A stretch of DNA of 63,470 nucleotides, the filler included, from Octopus bimaculoides (taxonomy: Eukaryota), in assembly GCF_001194135.2 (NCBI RefSeq). It is 4 parts of 4 records of this genome, joined end to end, with 100 filler letters (N's around TTAATTAATTAA, not from the genome) between each part and the next. Parts side by side here need not be neighbours in the genome. Positions count along the whole stretch, not along the records: positions 34,144 to 63,470 come from NC_068982.1; 3 more parts are not named here. The stretch is one strand, 5' to 3'. Made by a program: the position numbers and the translations under genes. This document shows, piece by piece, positions 62,505 through 63,470 of the stretch. Positions within the stretch are counted from its first letter, which is position 1; each line of letters begins with the position of its first letter. A model generated the notes under the pieces. That model had not been told where the DNA came from and did no database searches. It was given only the letters and a program-made list of their open reading frames with translations.

Positions 62505-63470
62505 ATCATCATCATTGTTTAACGTCTGCTTTCCATGCTGGCATGGGTTGGACGGTTTGACTGAGGACTGGCAAGCCAGGTGGCTACACCAGGCTCCAAT
62601 CTGATCTGGCAAGATTTCTACAGCTGGATGCCCTTCCTAACGCCGACCACTCCAAGAGTGTAGTGGGTGCTTTTTATGTGCCACCAGCACGGGGGCCAGT
62701 CAGGTGGCACTGGCATCGACCACACTTGAATGGTGCTTTTTACGTGCCACCGGCATAGGACATCAGGATATATATATATTACATACATCTAGCATAATGG
62801 ATGTCCACTTAGTGGTCATCCCTCTTATATGTATATAATATAATTTTTCTGAATCTTCAGATTTTTCAATATGCTAGGCCACTGGTTTTAAATTGATATT
62901 AATCAAATTAATATTCAATTTTTCACCCTTATTCATCATCATCATCGCTTAACGTCCGCTTGGGTTGGACGATTTGACTGAGGACTGGTGAACCAGATGG
63001 CTACACCAGGCTACAATCTGATCTGGCAGAGTTTCTCCAAGAGTGTAGTGGGTGCTTTTACGTGCCACTGGCACGAAGGCCAGTTAGGCAGTACTGGCAA
63101 CGGCCACGCTCGAAATGGTGTATTTTATGTGCCACCTGCGCAGGAGCCAGTCCAGTGGCACTGGCAACGATCTTGCTCAAATGTCTTTTCATGTACCCCT
63201 GGCACAAGTGCCAGGAAGGCGACATTGGTAATGATCACGCTCAATGTATATCTATATATATATATATTTATATATATATATATCATCATCATCGTTTAAC
63301 GTCCGCTTTCCATGCTAGCATGGGTTGGACGATTTGACTGAGGACTGGTGAAACCGGATGGCAACACCAGGCTCCAGTCTGATTTGGCAGAGTTTCTACA
63401 GCTGGATGCCCTTCCTAACGCCAACCACTCAGAGAGTGTAGTGGGTGCTTTTACGTGTCACCCGCACGAA
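62505..63470 (-). mobile_element. Three antisense RTE 3'-UTR copies (about 62505-62757, 62935-63245, 63283-63470)
   Basis: Each starts (CAT)n ..TTAACGTC and matches the reverse complement of 47700-48143; no ORF sequence present. Confidence 0.9.

Overview
Eukaryotic, AT-rich, microsatellite-laden animal DNA. The SINE/LINE families and (AT)n/(AC)n density suggest an octopus (coleoid cephalopod); that is an inference, not a search result. The window is not contiguous: three identical 100-nt spacers (44 N + TTAATTAATTAA + 44 N) at 4097-4196, 23994-24093 and 34044-34143 join four pieces. Piece A (1-4096) holds six C-terminal coding exons of VPS53 (+); the last exon is missing. Piece B (4197-23993) has no confident gene, only repeats, a 159-bp tandem array, a Tc1 remnant and an unidentified decayed coding-like tract. 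Piece C (24094-34043) is a retroelement graveyard with four R4/Dong-type fragments, an L1/Tx1 remnant and a possible decayed 7TM receptor. Piece D (34144-63470) holds the 5' four coding exons of an ankyrin-repeat TRPA1-like channel gene (+) with a 15-kb first intron, preceded by hAT, CsRn1-type Gypsy and CRE-type remnants. Almost all ORFs in the supplied track are microsatellite or repeat artefacts. I found no true tRNA, rRNA or CRISPR array, and no clearly new multi-gene system. The best leads are the TRPA1-like 5' end, inverted SINE pairs around its in-frame exon 2-3 block, and TAA-targeted R4/Dong arrays.
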